64,000 nt of DNA from Balamuthia mandrillaris (taxonomy: Eukaryota). Shown here piece by piece: positions 25,427-39,558 of the stretch. The notes under the pieces are model-generated. The model worked only from the letters and a program-made list of their open reading frames with translations, searched no databases and was not told the DNA's origin. Position 1 is the first letter of the stretch, and each line of letters opens with the position of its first letter. Made by a program: the position numbers and the translations under genes. The stretch covers positions 248,001 through 312,000 of the forward strand of contig JAVKOQ020000016.1 of the NCBI GenBank assembly GCA_031835245.2, given 5' to 3'.

Positions 25427-27613
25427 ACAGCAAAACTAACCTGAAACCTTAACGGACATCTCTTGCCCGATGAGCAGATTTCTTGATGCTAAGTCCTGGC
25501 GGGTAAGCAGCAAAAATTTAAGAACCATTCACCACATCAAACAAAAGGAAAAATCACAGATACTGCATAGTTGCTTACCCGATGAATGATATTCTCGCTA
25601 TGAAGATGGAGCATGCCAGCAGCAACGTCCCGCGCCATCAATACCATTCTTTTCTCATCTAATTCATTTCCTTTTCTTAGATAGTCAAGAAGGCAACCGC
25701 GTGGCATGTACTCCATTACAATGCACAACGGATAGTCAGGATTCATGCAAACTCCAATCAACTGTACACAGAGAAAAAATGAGCAAACGAAAAAAGGATG
25801 AATAAGTTTTATCGAAGTACTCACCTGAACGACGTTTGGATGAGGACGAAGTTTTCTCATCAACTCTGATTCTTCCTTGAAGTCCTTGAACTCTTTTTCG
25901 CTGAGTTGTCCAAGGACCTTGATGGCGACTTGTCCTCTCCACATTCCCTTGTACACCACCCCAAAGGCGCCGCTGCCTATCTCATCTTGAAACTCGAGCT
26001 CCTCATAGTCGATGTGGAATGCGTCGTTAGAAGTTTTCTTTGTTTTACCGCCTTTCACTCGTGCAGGTACAATTCCTCCGCCTGTTGGTTCTCGTTCCAT
26101 ATAATGTCCACTTGGTCCTCCTAAAAGAGAGAAACCTCTTGTTTAGCTAAACAGAAAATGATGAGTCTTTGGTAAAGCACCTCCGTCGTTGCCATCCATC
26201 TCGATGTCCGCAACGGCCTTGCGGCTGACCCGTCTTCTGCGGGTAACGAAGAAAACGCCGAGGAAAGCAACCACAAGGAGTACAATCAGCACGACAACAC
26301 CCGGAACGACTGAAGCAATAATAATAATAGTGTTATCATCGTCGCCATTGTCGCGTTCATTGCCACCACCAGAGGAAGAGCTTGAGGTGGCACCGTCTCC
26401 ATGACTGTCAGAAGCGCTATCATCTGGAATGGACCATGTAAGGTATTGCAACGTGTCGATGCTGGAGCACAGAGGGACACTAGAATCATTCTGAACAAAG
26501 GCAGCAACCGTGAAACCGAATTGAGTTCTCATTTCATTAGTCCAACTGTGTAGTCCACTCAGCACCGTTATGCTCTCTGCAACAAACACAATGTAATTAA
26601 GGCTACGTCAAAACAAAGAATATCTTGCTCTTAAAGAACAAAAACCAGATACACAAAACGAACGTACGAACCAATGACTGTTGGGGTGCCTGGGTTGGTG
26701 CCTTTGGGGTAACTTGCAACCAATTCGGTGCAGCCATTATGTAGGATAGGTCCTTCTTCGGTGGCGTTAGTGCCGGGTATCTCTTTTCCAACAAAAGCAG
26801 GTATGTACACCATTGGTCTGCTGGAGGCATAGGGCGGCGCTTGTCCACTGTATTCCAATGCTGAATGTTTTGTCGTTAGTTTAGCGGAATGACACAAACA
26901 ATTATGTGAACAGAATTGAGAACTCAACTAAGAGAAACAGATATAGAAAGAGGAGCGAGGGTACGAACTGATGGATACAAAAGGATAAACGGGAGAACTG
27001 GAACTATCCAACCCAAACGGGCTTGTACTTAAGAGCCAACACGACATGGTTGTGGCAGTACTTTGTATAACGTTGCAACTACAGAGGTGGCGATTGTTGG
27101 TTTAAGAAACATGACACAACAAAACCTACGTACGGGCAGTTACCAAGAGTGACTGTGCTACCATCGCGCAACATGCCAGCACCCTGCTTGAACGCATAGT
27201 TGGCGAACTGGTATGGCACGTTGTGCAACCCTATTAGTTTGTTTATTGTTATTCTTTCTCATCAGCTTTTCTTACGTTTGTCTTATGAGTTGGCAAAAAA
27301 GAGGGAGAACGGCAACGTTACCTAAAGGCACGCCGTCGCAGTCGCGAAGCTCAACATTCGCCTCAAACTGTTTGTATTGTATTTCTTCAGCAATAGGCAG
27401 GAAGTGAAGGGTAAGGCCGGAGAGGTCCTCTCCTTGCTCGCATGTCCCGCATTGGGAAGGGCAGGTTTGGCACGTCTCAAAGCCGCTGCACCCGCCGCTT
27501 CCATCGCAGGTCTCTTGTCTAGGTTCCAGCACCAAAGAAGAGGCAGGCGCGAGACCGCTGGTAAGCAGCACCACAAACAGCAGAAGCGCAACGGGGAACG
27601 CCCTTCCGTCCAT
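24691..27613 (-). CDS. Single-pass receptor protein kinase, tyrosine-kinase/TKL type, multi-exon
   Basis: Signal peptide (AFPVALLLFVVLL), Cys-rich CDGSGGCSGFETCQTCPSQCGTC, TM segment IIIIASVVPGVVVLIVLLVVAFLGVFFV followed by RRRR; GSGAFGVVYKG, VAIK, HR|DLASRN, DFG, GPLKWMAPE, SDVW, RPSFKQI. Confidence 0.9.
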
Positions 27614-27888
27614 GTTTGTTCTTCTGGCTCCTTGGACCTCTTGCTTTTCTTCGTGGTCCCTTGCAATTAGTAGCTCCTCGTTGCGGAGAGGATGAGAGGA
27701 GGGAACAAATGCTTAGCAGAATGAAGCGAAAGGTAAAGTCAAAGAGAACGTGGACTAACCGACATGAAACCTAAACAACGAATGTAATATAGATAGCCAT
27801 AATAAATAGAATTAATGGAGTTACTATCGATCTCATGTCTTCTCTCCTGTCTATTCAAAAATTGTAATCCAAAAAAAAAACTTTGGGC

Positions 27889-28879
27889 TCAAAAAGAAAA
27901 CAAAGAAGGGGAAGGCGAAGTGGCGGGTGGCGATGAGGACGAAGCAGACGGAGAGCCGTGAGGAGTGGATGACGCTTGGTTTTGAGTTGTGGTTGAAGAG
28001 GGGGAAGAGAAGGGAGACAGGGAGGAGGAGCTGCTTTTTGAGAGGTCAGGAAGAAATGCAGATACGATCTCGTTCAGTTGACTTTCGTAATACATTTTGC
28101 GCAGAGGCCGAAAGTCAGCCGAATAGTTTATCGCTTGTAGCCCGTTCATCACTATTGTGTTCGTTTGAAGAACTAAAATCAGATTCTATCCCTGTTCTTG
28201 CTTTCTGCCTCTATTCTCTTTGGCTCTCCTCTCTTCTCTATTTCCTCTTTTCTCCCATTCTCTGTCGCCTTTTTTTGTTCTCGTATAATAAAACGACAAA
28301 ACACTGTAAACTAAGTACCTTTGGTAAAGAGAAAATCGCGTAAAGCCGGTCCTTTTTCAAAAACACAAAAGGGTAACGAGGGTATTGGTGGAGGAAATAC
28401 CGGTATCGTGTCCTTGAACGCAAAGCTTACTCTAACATATTGATAGCTCGTAAATGACCGTTCAGAAACTAGTGATAGGGAAGGAAGAGCATTACCTATA
28501 AAATGTGGAGGAAGGTTTTTTGGCTTGTAACTCAGCGTTATTATACACCTGTACCAATATTACAATTTCTATGACAACAAAAGTTGGTTAGTAAATTGAA
28601 GCCGAAAGCACAAAAACATAAAGGAGAAAAAAGTACGATTTGTTTTAGACTGTATGGCTGCTGGACTGTAGGATTCCTCCCCGTCTTTGAATACTATAAC
28701 CACCCTATCGTTACCAATATGCTTCTTTCTTTCCAACTGCTGCGGGTCGTCAATGTACAAAGGCAGCATTGTACTCACATGAAACCTGCATACAGTCTCA
28801 TGATTAGTAAATGAAGAGGAAAAAGCAAGGAAAAATAACAAGAGAACGAATGGAATATTAATGTGAAAGAGAGGGAGAA

Positions 28880-28920
<41 letters not shown>

Positions 28921-30250
28921 TACATGATCTCCTTATCTTGCCAACTGGTATAAACAGAATGCGTGCCAGACCTATTTTCTGTATAAAACAGTCATTAGAA
29001 ACAATTGAATAAGCAATCACATGTTCGTGTTCACGCGTACTCGTTGTGTCCACTGCAGAATATTTCAAAAAAAAAAATGAGACTGAGTACTAAAAATAGA
29101 TAAGGAAAAGCAAGCAAACGTACATCCTCCAGCAAACCGGTCCCATCCATTTAACTCAATTGTATCTCCCAAAAAGTCTAAAAATTCCTCAAACTCTTGG
29201 CTGCTATCCACTGTTAGCACAAATGGTTATTCAAGTTGCTTATGAAAACAAGGAATCGGGAGAGAGAGAGAGAGAGAGAGAGAGCCCTTTACCATTCGCA
29301 AAAAAGTTATTTTCAGATGTTTGGTCATGGCCGCAATAGACCACTCCTATACAAAGCTTCGAAGTTTGCAAGCCAGGTAAAGCCTCATCCAAGGAGACCA
29401 ACCTCTCCACCAGTCGCCGATCGTTAAGGGCATAAATAACAACTTCTGTACCTGTTGCACCGTTTGTAGGCACTGACCTTTCGTTGGCAGCACCCTCTGA
29501 AGCTTCATCATCACTATCATATACATTTTGCTCTTCTCGGTCGGGTTTATCAAAGAGCGCACGTGGCTTCAGTACGTCCAGCACATCACTTATGGATGGG
29601 CTGTTCGTTGGAAAACAAAACGAGTGGTGAGACGAATAGAGGATAAGGATAAAGATAAGGACAAGAGAAAAGATAAGAGGATGGCGGAATGACATGTGTT
29701 ACCCAAGGGAGAGGAGCCAACGCCAAGTAGGAATATGAATTCGTTCTTTTGGGACAGTATAAGCTTCCGCTCCATTCTGTCACATTTTCACTTAGCCAAA
29801 CGATGGAAAGAGAGGAGAGAGAGAGAGAGAGGGAGAGAGAGAGAGAGGGAGAGAGAGAGAGGGAGAGAGGGAGCAAGAACCCGTGAATGAACCAAGACCC
29901 TGTAACAACCGCACGTATTGTCTAAACGAAGGGAGATGATGAGAACACCCCCAGGAGACTTGGGTACGATGAAACTCCTGTGTGCTAAGTCCATTTCAAA
30001 AAAAAAAAAAAAAAAAAAAGGTAGCAGCACCACGTTACCGGTGAGTAACTCACCAAAAAAAAAGAAGCGGAAACCACAACGAGAAAGACTTACGCTTGGC
30101 AAAGAAGTACTCTCTGTAGGCTGTAACTCCTTCAAACAACCGTTGCTCCAACTCCATCTCTGGGGAGGTCGAAGACTCGGACGCTTCGTGCCAGCGTTCA
30201 TCTTCATCTTTGCAGCCCTCTATCCGGTAACCAGGAGCATAGGCAAACAT
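27889..30250 (-). CDS. Rap/Ran-GAP domain protein, multi-exon
   Basis: KLCIGVVYC..QTSE..FF.N, EFEEFLDFLG..IELNGW, FHVSTMLP..QQLERKKHIGNDRVVIVF (Asn thumb), FLNGHLRA. Confidence 0.9.
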
Positions 30251-30655
30251 TTGTATTGAAAAAAAAAAGAAAATAGAGAAAAGAGAAAGAAACAAAGAAA
30301 GCTTTTTCAAAAACAAAAAGATATTTGTTTTGCTACTCCGGAGGTTCCTGGTTTTTCCTCCTCCTCCTCACCCACCAAACCGAAGAATACTTGGTTCTTT
30401 CTTTTCTTTTCTTCGGTAACGAACTGCTTTTTTTTTTCCTTTCAGAAAGTTTAACGTCCATTTTTTTTCCTTTTTGGTTTTTGGTGGTTAAACTTTACCT
30501 TTTTTATGAAATTTTGCGGACACTCTGCTGCTGGTTTACTTTCCCGCCAAAAAGCAACATACAAACAAGCAACACGGAAAGCAAGGGCAGGAGAAGAAGA
30601 AGTAATACGGAAGCAAAAAAAAAAAGAGGAAGTAGTAAAAAACAGCGTAGCGGAG

Positions 30656-31224
30656 ATGAGGTTGTTCATTCGTGGCGGTGAGGAGCAAGAATGGGCGATG
30701 ATAGAGCTGCAGGGCAAACTTGCTTTGGATGGCTCTGCTGGCTTTGATGGTCTTCCTCTCGGGCGGCTGACCGTCAACGAAAACGTTTGTGGCGCTCCTT
30801 CTTCTCCAAAAGATGTTCATTTTAGCTTGTTTTTTTTGGGATCTGCTGAGACTCTTATTTTTTTTGTTTTTGTGTTTTTTTTTTAATGCGACCTCAGAAA
30901 AACGCGGAACTGATTGTAGGCAACCATCGGCTAGAAGGCAAGAGAGTTGCGCTACAAAAACCGTTAGTTGTCTTGCTTCCTGCAGCTGCAGGCCAAGACG
31001 CCTTGCGGGCAGAGGACACCGAAAAGGACGAGCTGCACACATCCAATCGCTCCTACAACACCGTGGGTGTGATACGATACAAGGTTGGTAGCAGTGGCGC
31101 CCTGCTTTGCATCATCATGTCTATTCCCTCTCGTTCTCCTGACCGTCTATTTTCGCTGCTGCTGCATTGCTTGCTTTGCTTTTTCTTTCAGTATCTCTTC
31201 AGGAATCGGCCAAAACCTGTCTAA
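30656..31224 (+). CDS. CTF8: Chromosome transmission fidelity protein 8 (Ctf18-RFC subunit), 3 exons
   Basis: EWAMIELQG, LGRL, LIVGNHRLEGKRVALQKPLVVL, VIRYK|YLFRNRPKP. Confidence 0.92.
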
Positions 31225-31522
31225 GGGCGGACAGGTACTATGTCGACACAAAAACATGTTGCAAGGAGAGAGGGAAAAAAGCGTCCCGAGATGTACATAC
31301 AGAAAAAGAAGTGGCAACGGTTTTTTTTTAGGGAAAAGGCTTTCCCCCACCGATTCCAATTTTTTTTTCCTTCAGATAAAACTGCGAAGAGGCAACCTTA
31401 AGCCACCCTCCCTCCACGTTGACCACGGCGAAAACCGCTTTACGGTAAAACACCCAAAAGAACCACCCAAAACAAACAGAAGAAGAAGCGAAACAAAAAA
31501 CACACACAGCAAAACCAAAGGG

Positions 31523-32836
31523 ATGCAGTGGCTCAGACAAAGCAGGGAAGGGTTGCCCGACCATCAGAAGAAATTCTGCGTGCTGCTCTATTGCCCAGAG
31601 ATGGAGAGGGTGGCCTTGGAGATGTGCGCCCTATCCGAGGGCAAGCTGCGCCCTGGAGAGATTGACTGGAAGACCTTTGAGGACGGCTTTCCCAACCTCT
31701 TCATCAAGAACGTGGACTCCATTCGTGGCCGCCACGTTGTGTTCCTGGCTTCTTTCTTGCAACACACCTCCCTGCTCTCACAGCTTGCTGGTCAGCTTAT
31801 TTGGCTTTAGTGGTTTTCATTCTTTCGTCTTCCCGCTTACGCCGATCTTGCTTTCTTTCTTTCCTTCCAAAAGTGATTTACGCTCTGCCTCGCTACCTGG
31901 TCAAGTCCTTGATCGTGGTGCTGCCATACTTCCCAACTGGGTACGCTCTCTTTTTTCCTATAGCAGCACTATAGCCACTATGTTGTTGTTGTTGTTATGG
32001 CGGCAGCGGTTAACGCACGCAACCACCTTCCTCAGCACCATGGAGCGTGTGGACTCTGAAGGCCAGATCGCGACGGCCCACACCCTCGCCACCATGCTGT
32101 CGGTCACGCCGCTGTCCAGCAGCGGCCCCACCCGCCTCATCATTTACGACATCCACGCCCTGCAGGAGAGGTTCTACTTTGGCGGCAAGGTGGTGCCCTT
32201 GTTGGTCTCCGCCATTCCCACTTTTGTGGCCAAGCTCCACAAGGACCATCCCAACGAGGAGGTGGCCATCGCCTTCCCCGATGAGGGCGCCCACAAGCGC
32301 TTCAGCTCTCAATTTGCCAGCTGGGAGACCATCATTTGCACCAAGGTCAGAGAGGGCGACAAACGCATTGTCTCCATCAAGGAGGGAGACGTCGCTGGCA
32401 AACACGTCTTTATTGTTGATGACCTCGTTAAAACTGGTAACTCTTCTGCCTGCTGCCCTCTTATTCTTCTTGTTATTCTGGTTCTTCTTATCCTCTTCTT
32501 CTTGTTCTTCTCTCTCTCTCTCTCTCTCTCTCTCGCTTCTTCTTCATCCTTCTCTGCTTCCTGACTTGTTCTTTGTGATTAGGGGGAACGTTGATCCAGT
32601 GCAAGGAAGCACTGCTGAAGAAAGGAGCAGCAGAGGTGAGCGCCTTTGTGACGCACCCAGTGTTCCCACAGGAGTCGTGGCGCCGCTTCACCAACCCAAA
32701 GGAGGGAGAGCGCCCCTTCAAGGTGTTTTACATAACCAACTCATGCCCGGAGGTTGCGGAGGCCCTCCATGGCAAGGCTCCCTTCTGCATGATCTCACTG
32801 GCCAGCTCGCTTGTTGATAACACTCTTCGCTACTAG
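31523..32836 (+). CDS. Ribose-phosphate pyrophosphokinase, class II (plant PRS3/4-like), multi-exon
   Basis: WKTFEDGFPNLFI, VVFLASF, LPYFPTG|TMERVDSEGQIATAHTLA, YDIHALQERFYF, AFPDEGAHKRF, CTKVREGDKR, IVDDLVKTG|GTL, AFVTHPVFP, ITNSCP. Confidence 0.93.
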
Positions 32837-32981
32837 GAGCGGTTGAATCCTCGTCATCACCCTCCCGCCAACGTCTTTCTTCATCCTAAGCATTACTGTC
32901 AATATCAACAACACCAACATCATGTCCCACTAATATAACGCATTCATTCATCGAAGATAAACAATGAGAGAGAGAAGAGTC

Positions 32982-33537
32982 TTAGTCATAACTCCAAGTC
33001 CTGCCACCCTTGCGCCAAATCTTGAAAGGCTTCCAGAGGTGCATACCAAGCTTCTCAGAGATGTCGTTGGGGTTCTGAGCAAGCTTGATGGCCTTGAAGA
33101 GGGCTCGCATGCGGGCCACCTTGTTCTTTCTTCCCCAAGTCTTACCAAATACGCGGGTCAGGCCGAACGAGTTAAAGACGTGAGTCATAGTCTCGCTGGA
33201 CTGCGGCGCGATCATACCCTTGGGCACCGTGAACAGCTTCACAAAGGATCTGTGGCTTTTGGCGGCGATGTCCTCTGCAAGGGCCTCCCCTTGGTACCTG
33301 TCGATTGTGATGAGGTTCTTTTGTACGTCCTCCATGGCGCGAGTGAGGGCCTCTTGAGGGCTGGAGCCTTTGCCGCGGCCCATTCCGGCCGTGCCTTGCC
33401 CATTTCCGTCGATGACCACGGCGGAGAAGGAGAACACCCTACCTCCCTTTGTTACTGTGGTGTGCCGTCCCATTTCCACCACTTTTTTTGTGCAGGACGT
33501 TATCAGTTTGCATCAACGGATAGTAGTGAGAAGAGAT

Positions 33538-33578
<41 letters not shown>

Positions 33579-34402
33579 GAAAGAAAGAGCAACAAACCTC
33601 GGAAATAGTCAGGAGAGGGAGCCTCTGTATCAATATTCACATCAAAGTGGGTGTACTTCTCCAGCTGTTGTCGCTTGGCCTCCTCCTCCTTGGGGTTCCG
33701 CAGCGCACGAGAGCGCGTAAAGTCGGAATACCAATCCCCGTCGTAAAAGTCGGGGTGGTTGCTGGCGGGTCCCTCCCCAAAGGACTCGTCCACCTGGTAG
33801 CGCTGCAGGCGGCGGGCTTGTTCGGTGGTGGGAATGTTCGTCACGAGCTCTTTCTCGGGACCCTTGAAGTTGGTCGGATCCGTGAAGAGGAGGTGAGGGT
33901 AGTTGAGGGAGAGAGGGGTGAGCGGGGCGCTCCTGCCGCCGATGTTCATGGTCTCCTGGCCGAGGGCCAGCACGGGGTCTTCCTTGCCGGCGTTGGCCAA
34001 TGCCTCGCTGGACGTGTCCCATACGTTCTCCATGAGCTGCTGCCGCTCTAATTCGGTTATCCTCAGGTAGTCATCGTAGCTTTGTTCGGGAGCTACCTTG
34101 AAGAGCGCCTGAAAGTTTTCGATTGCTTTGTCTTCTTCGTTTGCTTCCTCCTGTTCCTCTTGTTCTTCTGCTTCTTTGGGTGCTGCCTTGCTTTCGTCTT
34201 CCTGTGAAGTCGAAGAGGAATAGCTTCGTCGCGGCGAGGAGGCAATGTTGTAGCGAAGAGAAGAAGAGCGACAAGAAGGGAAGAAGGGCGTGGAGGTGGA
34301 GTCCCGAACCACCGAGAGATTGGCTCCCAACCATCCCCGTCTCGTGGGCACTGACACTCCACAGCGGAGTGCTCCCTGCCTCAGGACATGCATGCCGTTC
34401 AT
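32982..34402 (-). CDS. MRPS5: Mitochondrial ribosomal protein uS5m, 2 exons
   Basis: Arg/Ser-rich presequence; GRHTTVTKGGRVFSFSAVVIDGNGQGTAGMGRGKG..EALTRA; VKLFTVPKG, FGLT.VFGK.WG. Confidence 0.9.
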
Positions 34403-34717
34403 TTCTGTTCCTTTTTTTCTTGTTTTTAAAAATGCCCCCTCAACAGCCGGAGCTCCCCCTCCCGTTCGAACGAAAGAGATCAACAACAAAGCGCACTCTC
34501 TCCTCCCCTGTTCTTTTTTGTGGCCTTTTTTTTTCTTCGATCTGGCCAATTGTCGACAAATAAACCCATTTTTTGATTGACCATTGGTTCGACTAGTGAT
34601 AATGATCTTGATTGAGGGGGCATTCCCTTTAGAAAAAGAAGAGAAAAGAAAGAAAAGGAGTGGAGAGGAGCGGAGAGGGCCGACCCTAAGACGCAAATAA
34701 TAAAAGGAGGGGTTCCG

Positions 34718-34758
<41 letters not shown>

Positions 34759-34994
34759 GGGAGAGCAAAAAAAAAAAAAAAAACGAGTGATAGCGGCGGA
34801 GTTCCATACCAATAACAACAACAGTAACAACGAAAAGAGGCAAGGGGGAAGGGAAAGCGAGGAGGAGGTTTTATATTTATTTATTTATTATTTATTTATT
34901 TCGTTGGGAGGCAAACGATCGATCGGCCGAACGTGGAAGCAAAAGAAGAGAAAAAGAGAAGAGCGTTGATCATTATTTTTTAAAATAACATACC

Positions 34995-35503
34995 ATGGCA
35001 GCGGAAGAGTTTGAAAAAGCAGTGTTGATCAGCGTGAATCCGACGGGCAACAACGCAGCTGTGGTCCAGCAGGCAGAGGCCTACCTGCAAAGCGTGAGGA
35101 CTTCTGATATGGGCTGGCGCTTCTGCTGTGAGCAGTTCTTCGCCTCCAGCGTGGTCGAGGTGAAGTTTGTCTGCGTGCAAGTCATAGTGGACGTGCTGTT
35201 GCACAGGTTGCTTTGAAGTCCCCTTTTCTCTTTTGCTCCTTCTGCTTCCTCTCGTCACTCCGTACTTTCTTACGCTCACCCCGTCGTTCTTTTTGTGTGT
35301 ATGTGTGTGCAGATACGAAAGCCTGTCTCAGGAAGACAGGGCTTTCCTACGAGAGACGCTGTTGAAGTGGTTGCGGGACTATCTCCCTGAACACCCTGAT
35401 GAACCTGCTTGTGAGTCTCCCTCCCTCTCACTCTTTTTTGCGTTTTGCATTACGCTGCATCTATGTTCTGTTTCTCTTCTCTTTCTAACTAACATCTCTT
35501 CTG

Positions 35504-35539
<36 letters not shown>

Positions 35540-35771
35540 ACCTATGACAGCGGTCAAAAACAAGTTTGCACAGGCGTTGGCACTGCTGTTCAAGTTAGAA
35601 TACCTTAGAGAGTGGCCCTCTTTCTTTCAGGACCTGTTTGGGTTGTTGCAAAAGGGACCCTCTGTCCTTGACGTGTTCCTTCGCCTCATCAGAGCCATTG
35701 ACCAACATGTTGTCTCCTCTGATGTGGTTCGGTCTACCGCTGAGCTGGCTCACAATACTGCTCTCGTACGC

Positions 35772-35825
<54 letters not shown>

Positions 35826-38516
35826 TCGCTCACGTGGAACATGCTCTCTTATTGTTCTCTCTCTCTCTCTCTCTCGACCGGTTTATGGATACCAGAAAGA
35901 TAGAATGAGAGATGATTGTGTGGCAACCTTGACGGAGGTTTGGTATAATCTTTTACTGGCCTATCAAGACTCCTATCCTCAGCTGGCCAAGAGTTGTCTC
36001 AAGGCGATGAAAAATTACATTGCATGGATTGACATCCAGTTGATCGTCAACGAGCGATTTGTTCCTCTTTTTTTCAGTTTTCTTGAAAAGGAAGCCCTCC
36101 GTGCTGACGCTTGTGAGTGCATTTATGAGGTATGTAATTGTGCTCACAGTTATCAATTCTTGTTTATCCTCTTCCTCCTTCGAAGGCTTCTACCATCTTC
36201 GTCTTCGCCGTATTATGTGTCGCTCCCTATTTCCTTCTCTCCGGTTAGAAATTGACATTGTTTTTCTTTGCTCTTAGGTAGTTACTAAGGGCATGCCTCC
36301 TCTCACCAAGATGGAGCTGTTGAACAAGTTAAACCTTTTTCACGTTCTCTCTTCCGTGAAGAATCCGGTAAGTAATTTTTCCCAATTTGCGTTTTCTTTC
36401 TCTTATCGTTATCTTGTTTTCCATCAGGATGAAGAGTTTCTACAAAAAGAAGCAAAAATATTGAACTCAGTAGGTCTGGAATTGCTCTCTGGATGGAGCA
36501 AAGTTCGTATTTAATATTTTGTTGTTATTGTGATCTGTTTTGTTGTTATTGTACTTTTCTTATTGTTGTCTTTATTTGCCCACATCAGCTTCAAGAGTTG
36601 ATCGCGGAGAAAGCAATGCCGCCTGAAATGGAAGGTAAGCGTTTTCACCCCCCTTTCGTTTTGGTCTTCTTAGTGTTCATTTTGATGGTTTGACTTATTT
36701 TCCATCGCAGCCAAGGGAATAGAGATGGTTGAAACCGCGCTGAACGTTTTGTGGGAGTTTCTCGCTCACCCTAATTTTAGAATGTATGTTTTGTCCTCGT
36801 TTCTTTGAGGTTTTCCGTGCAAACTATATTCACGTTTATTCGATATCTAGCTCTGCTCTGGTTTTTCCTTTTATTACCGCATATGTAACAAAGGTACATT
36901 TATTTACTGTTTATTTTTGGACTGATGATCGCAATTGCTTGTCTTAGGCTCTTTGCTTATATCTCTTTTTATAGCTCAAACAAGAAAAAGACTTGTCGGA
37001 GCATCGAGTTCAACAGCTTGAAAAGCTTTTGAGCATTGTTGCCCGGAAGATGGCCTATGATGAGAATTTTGACTTTGAGAAGGAGGAAGAATATGAAGAA
37101 GAGTTTAACAGGTATCGCCAGGAACTTGCCATTATCTTTAGAAAAGTGATTCCCATAGCGCCAGAGCTAGTGGCATCATTTGTACATTCTCTCGTCGTTC
37201 GCACTCTTTCCAACCTTTCTTCTATCCCTTTTCAAGAAGTAGAGGTAGCATTAACTCTTCTCTATAATCTCGGAGATGGTCTTACCGGTCTTCCTGGTAC
37301 TTAATCTCTTTTCCCTTGCTACCAGCCCTTTGAGCTAACGCTTCTCAATTTCTTTATTCACTTTGTAGAAAACATACGGACCGCCTTCACTCACTTTTTC
37401 TCACAAATTATGCCTACTGTTGTTACTTCCAGTACGCACTGTAAGCCTGCCAACACCTCACCGCTTCACTCTTTAACCGTTGAATTCTTTCTTCACAGAT
37501 GTAAGCGATCATCCTCACAAAGCTGTGGTGTTGGTCTACTTTGAGAACGTTGTCCGATATGCCCGTTTTCTTTCCGCTGAGTCCGCCCATACACAGGCTA
37601 TCCTCACTGCTTTTCTTGGCAAAAGGTTTCCTATTGTTGTTCTCCGTTGTTGTTCTTCTTCCTATCTCAAGTTTCTACCAGTTTATTCATTTGAATTCTT
37701 TCTTTCATTATTTTTAAATGACAGTGGACTCCGCCATTCCGATCCTGCAGTGCGCAGACAGGCCGCTCATCTTTTTGCTCGGTTTGTTCGTGTCAAGAAG
37801 GAGCAATTTGCACCATTCCTGGAGGACATAATCAAGAACGTTCAAGACCTGCTTCTTATTTCCGAAGAGGCTCAACGGTTTCTTGTCCCTGAGGCGCAAA
37901 CCAACCTCTATGACGCCGTTGGTGTTCTGATTGGCAGCGCTCCAGAAGAGCAACAAGCAGCATTCCTCGAGGTATATTATTTTTCTGAGAACTGCATTGT
38001 TTTGTCAGCTTTCTTATAACGCTCTTTTGTGTTGTTACAACCCTTTCTTCTCCTCTATATCAGCTGTTGTTGGCTCCACTGATCCGCCAATCCAAAGAAA
38101 TTATTAGCCAACAACTCTTCAAAAACGACACCCCCGAACGACCCACCTACACCAACATCCTGCAACACATTGTCCAGCTAATGGGCACCCTCAGCAAGGG
38201 CTTTGTGGGGTGCAGCGGTGACAAAGCAGCCTACTGGAAGAAAGCACTGGAATCAGTGCTTGAAATAGCGGAGGCTCTTCCCAATAGTGTTGAGCTCCAG
38301 AGCAAGATCATGTTTTTCCTTCATCTCATGGTGGAGGTACTGCGAGTAGAAATGTTTCCTTACATCCCTGCTGCAGTGCAACATTTGTTGGAGCATGCTG
38401 CCCCTAATCTTCTCTCCGAGTTCATCCGTCTCATATGCCAATTCGTGAATCGCTTCAAGGTAACTCGTCACTCGCAACCAAATATGGTGTTTGTCAATTC
38501 GCCTTTCTTATGCTCA

Positions 38517-38547
<31 letters not shown>

Positions 38548-39558
38548 GTGATTAATTCAGACGGCTGTAGGAGAGGTATTGGATGTGGTTCTGCAACCGC
38601 TGGTGGCAAAGGTGTTTGAGGCGGCACGGCAACCTGTTGGCCCAAAAAGCGAGGAAGAAAGAGAGCAAAACGAGCTTCAAAAGACCTATTTCCAGCTCAT
38701 TCAGGGCATTGCCAGCAACAACCTTGCACCCATCCTTACGTCGAGCAGAAATGCACCGATGTTGCAGCAAATCTTGGAAAGCCTGTTGCAGGGTGCCACC
38801 AGTCCTGATCTCGCAGTATGTTTCTCTTTCTCTTTCCCTCTCTTGCCTCTCCCTTTCCTCTCTCTCTCTCTCTCTGTGATGAGCCAACTTTTATGACAAG
38901 CATATGTCCGAACCCTATCTGTGGACACAATTATGTTCTGAACCAAATCCTTCATCTCTCCTCTCTCCTCCTCTCTTCTTTCACAAAATACTGAACGTTG
39001 ATGGTTTTCTCTAGGCCAAGAAGTTATGTTTCTCTACATTGCGCTTCTTGATGCAGTCATGGGGCAATAGCGGTGAAGAAACGATGAAAGGCTATGCTGG
39101 ATTTGTATGCGACAACGTCATTCCACTCTCCTTTCAGTTGTTGCTGCAGCCAACGTGGAATTTAGAGGATGCTCTGTCCAACCAGGTGGGTTTATTCCTT
39201 CCTTTTGTTTTTCTTTATTATCCATCACTGACAAATTCTCGACTTCTCTCTTCTCTTACAATAAAAAGGTTTTGACAGAAATGGCACACATTCAAAAGGC
39301 GCTTCAAGCCACTTGTCCAGATATGATAGCGGGTTGCTTGGCCTCCAAGGTGTTGCCTGGACTTGGATGCAATCAAGAGGCCATCCAGTTTTATGTGCAA
39401 AACCTACAGCAAACAGACAAAAAGCAATTCCCACAGTTTTTGAAGGTAGCTTCTTCCTTCTCCGCCATTCTTTTCATTCCTTGTGTGATGTGACTAAATT
39501 TTTCGTTTTGGTGGTCATCATCATCCAGCATTTCGTTGCGTCGCTTCGAAAGAGTTGA
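34995..39558 (+). CDS. XPOT: Exportin-T (tRNA exportin, Los1), about 18 exons
   Basis: VKNKFAQALALLFKLEYLREWPSFF, KDRMRDDCV, YIAWIDIQLIVNE, KGMPPLTKMELL, EEEFNRYRQEL, EVEVALTLLYNLGD, YFENVVRY, GLRHSDPAVRRQAAHLFARFV. Confidence 0.92.

Noticed and set aside
34580..34600. GGTTCGA T-loop-like motifs (also near 57892)
   Set aside because: No cloverleaf or acceptor stem around them; not tRNAs.
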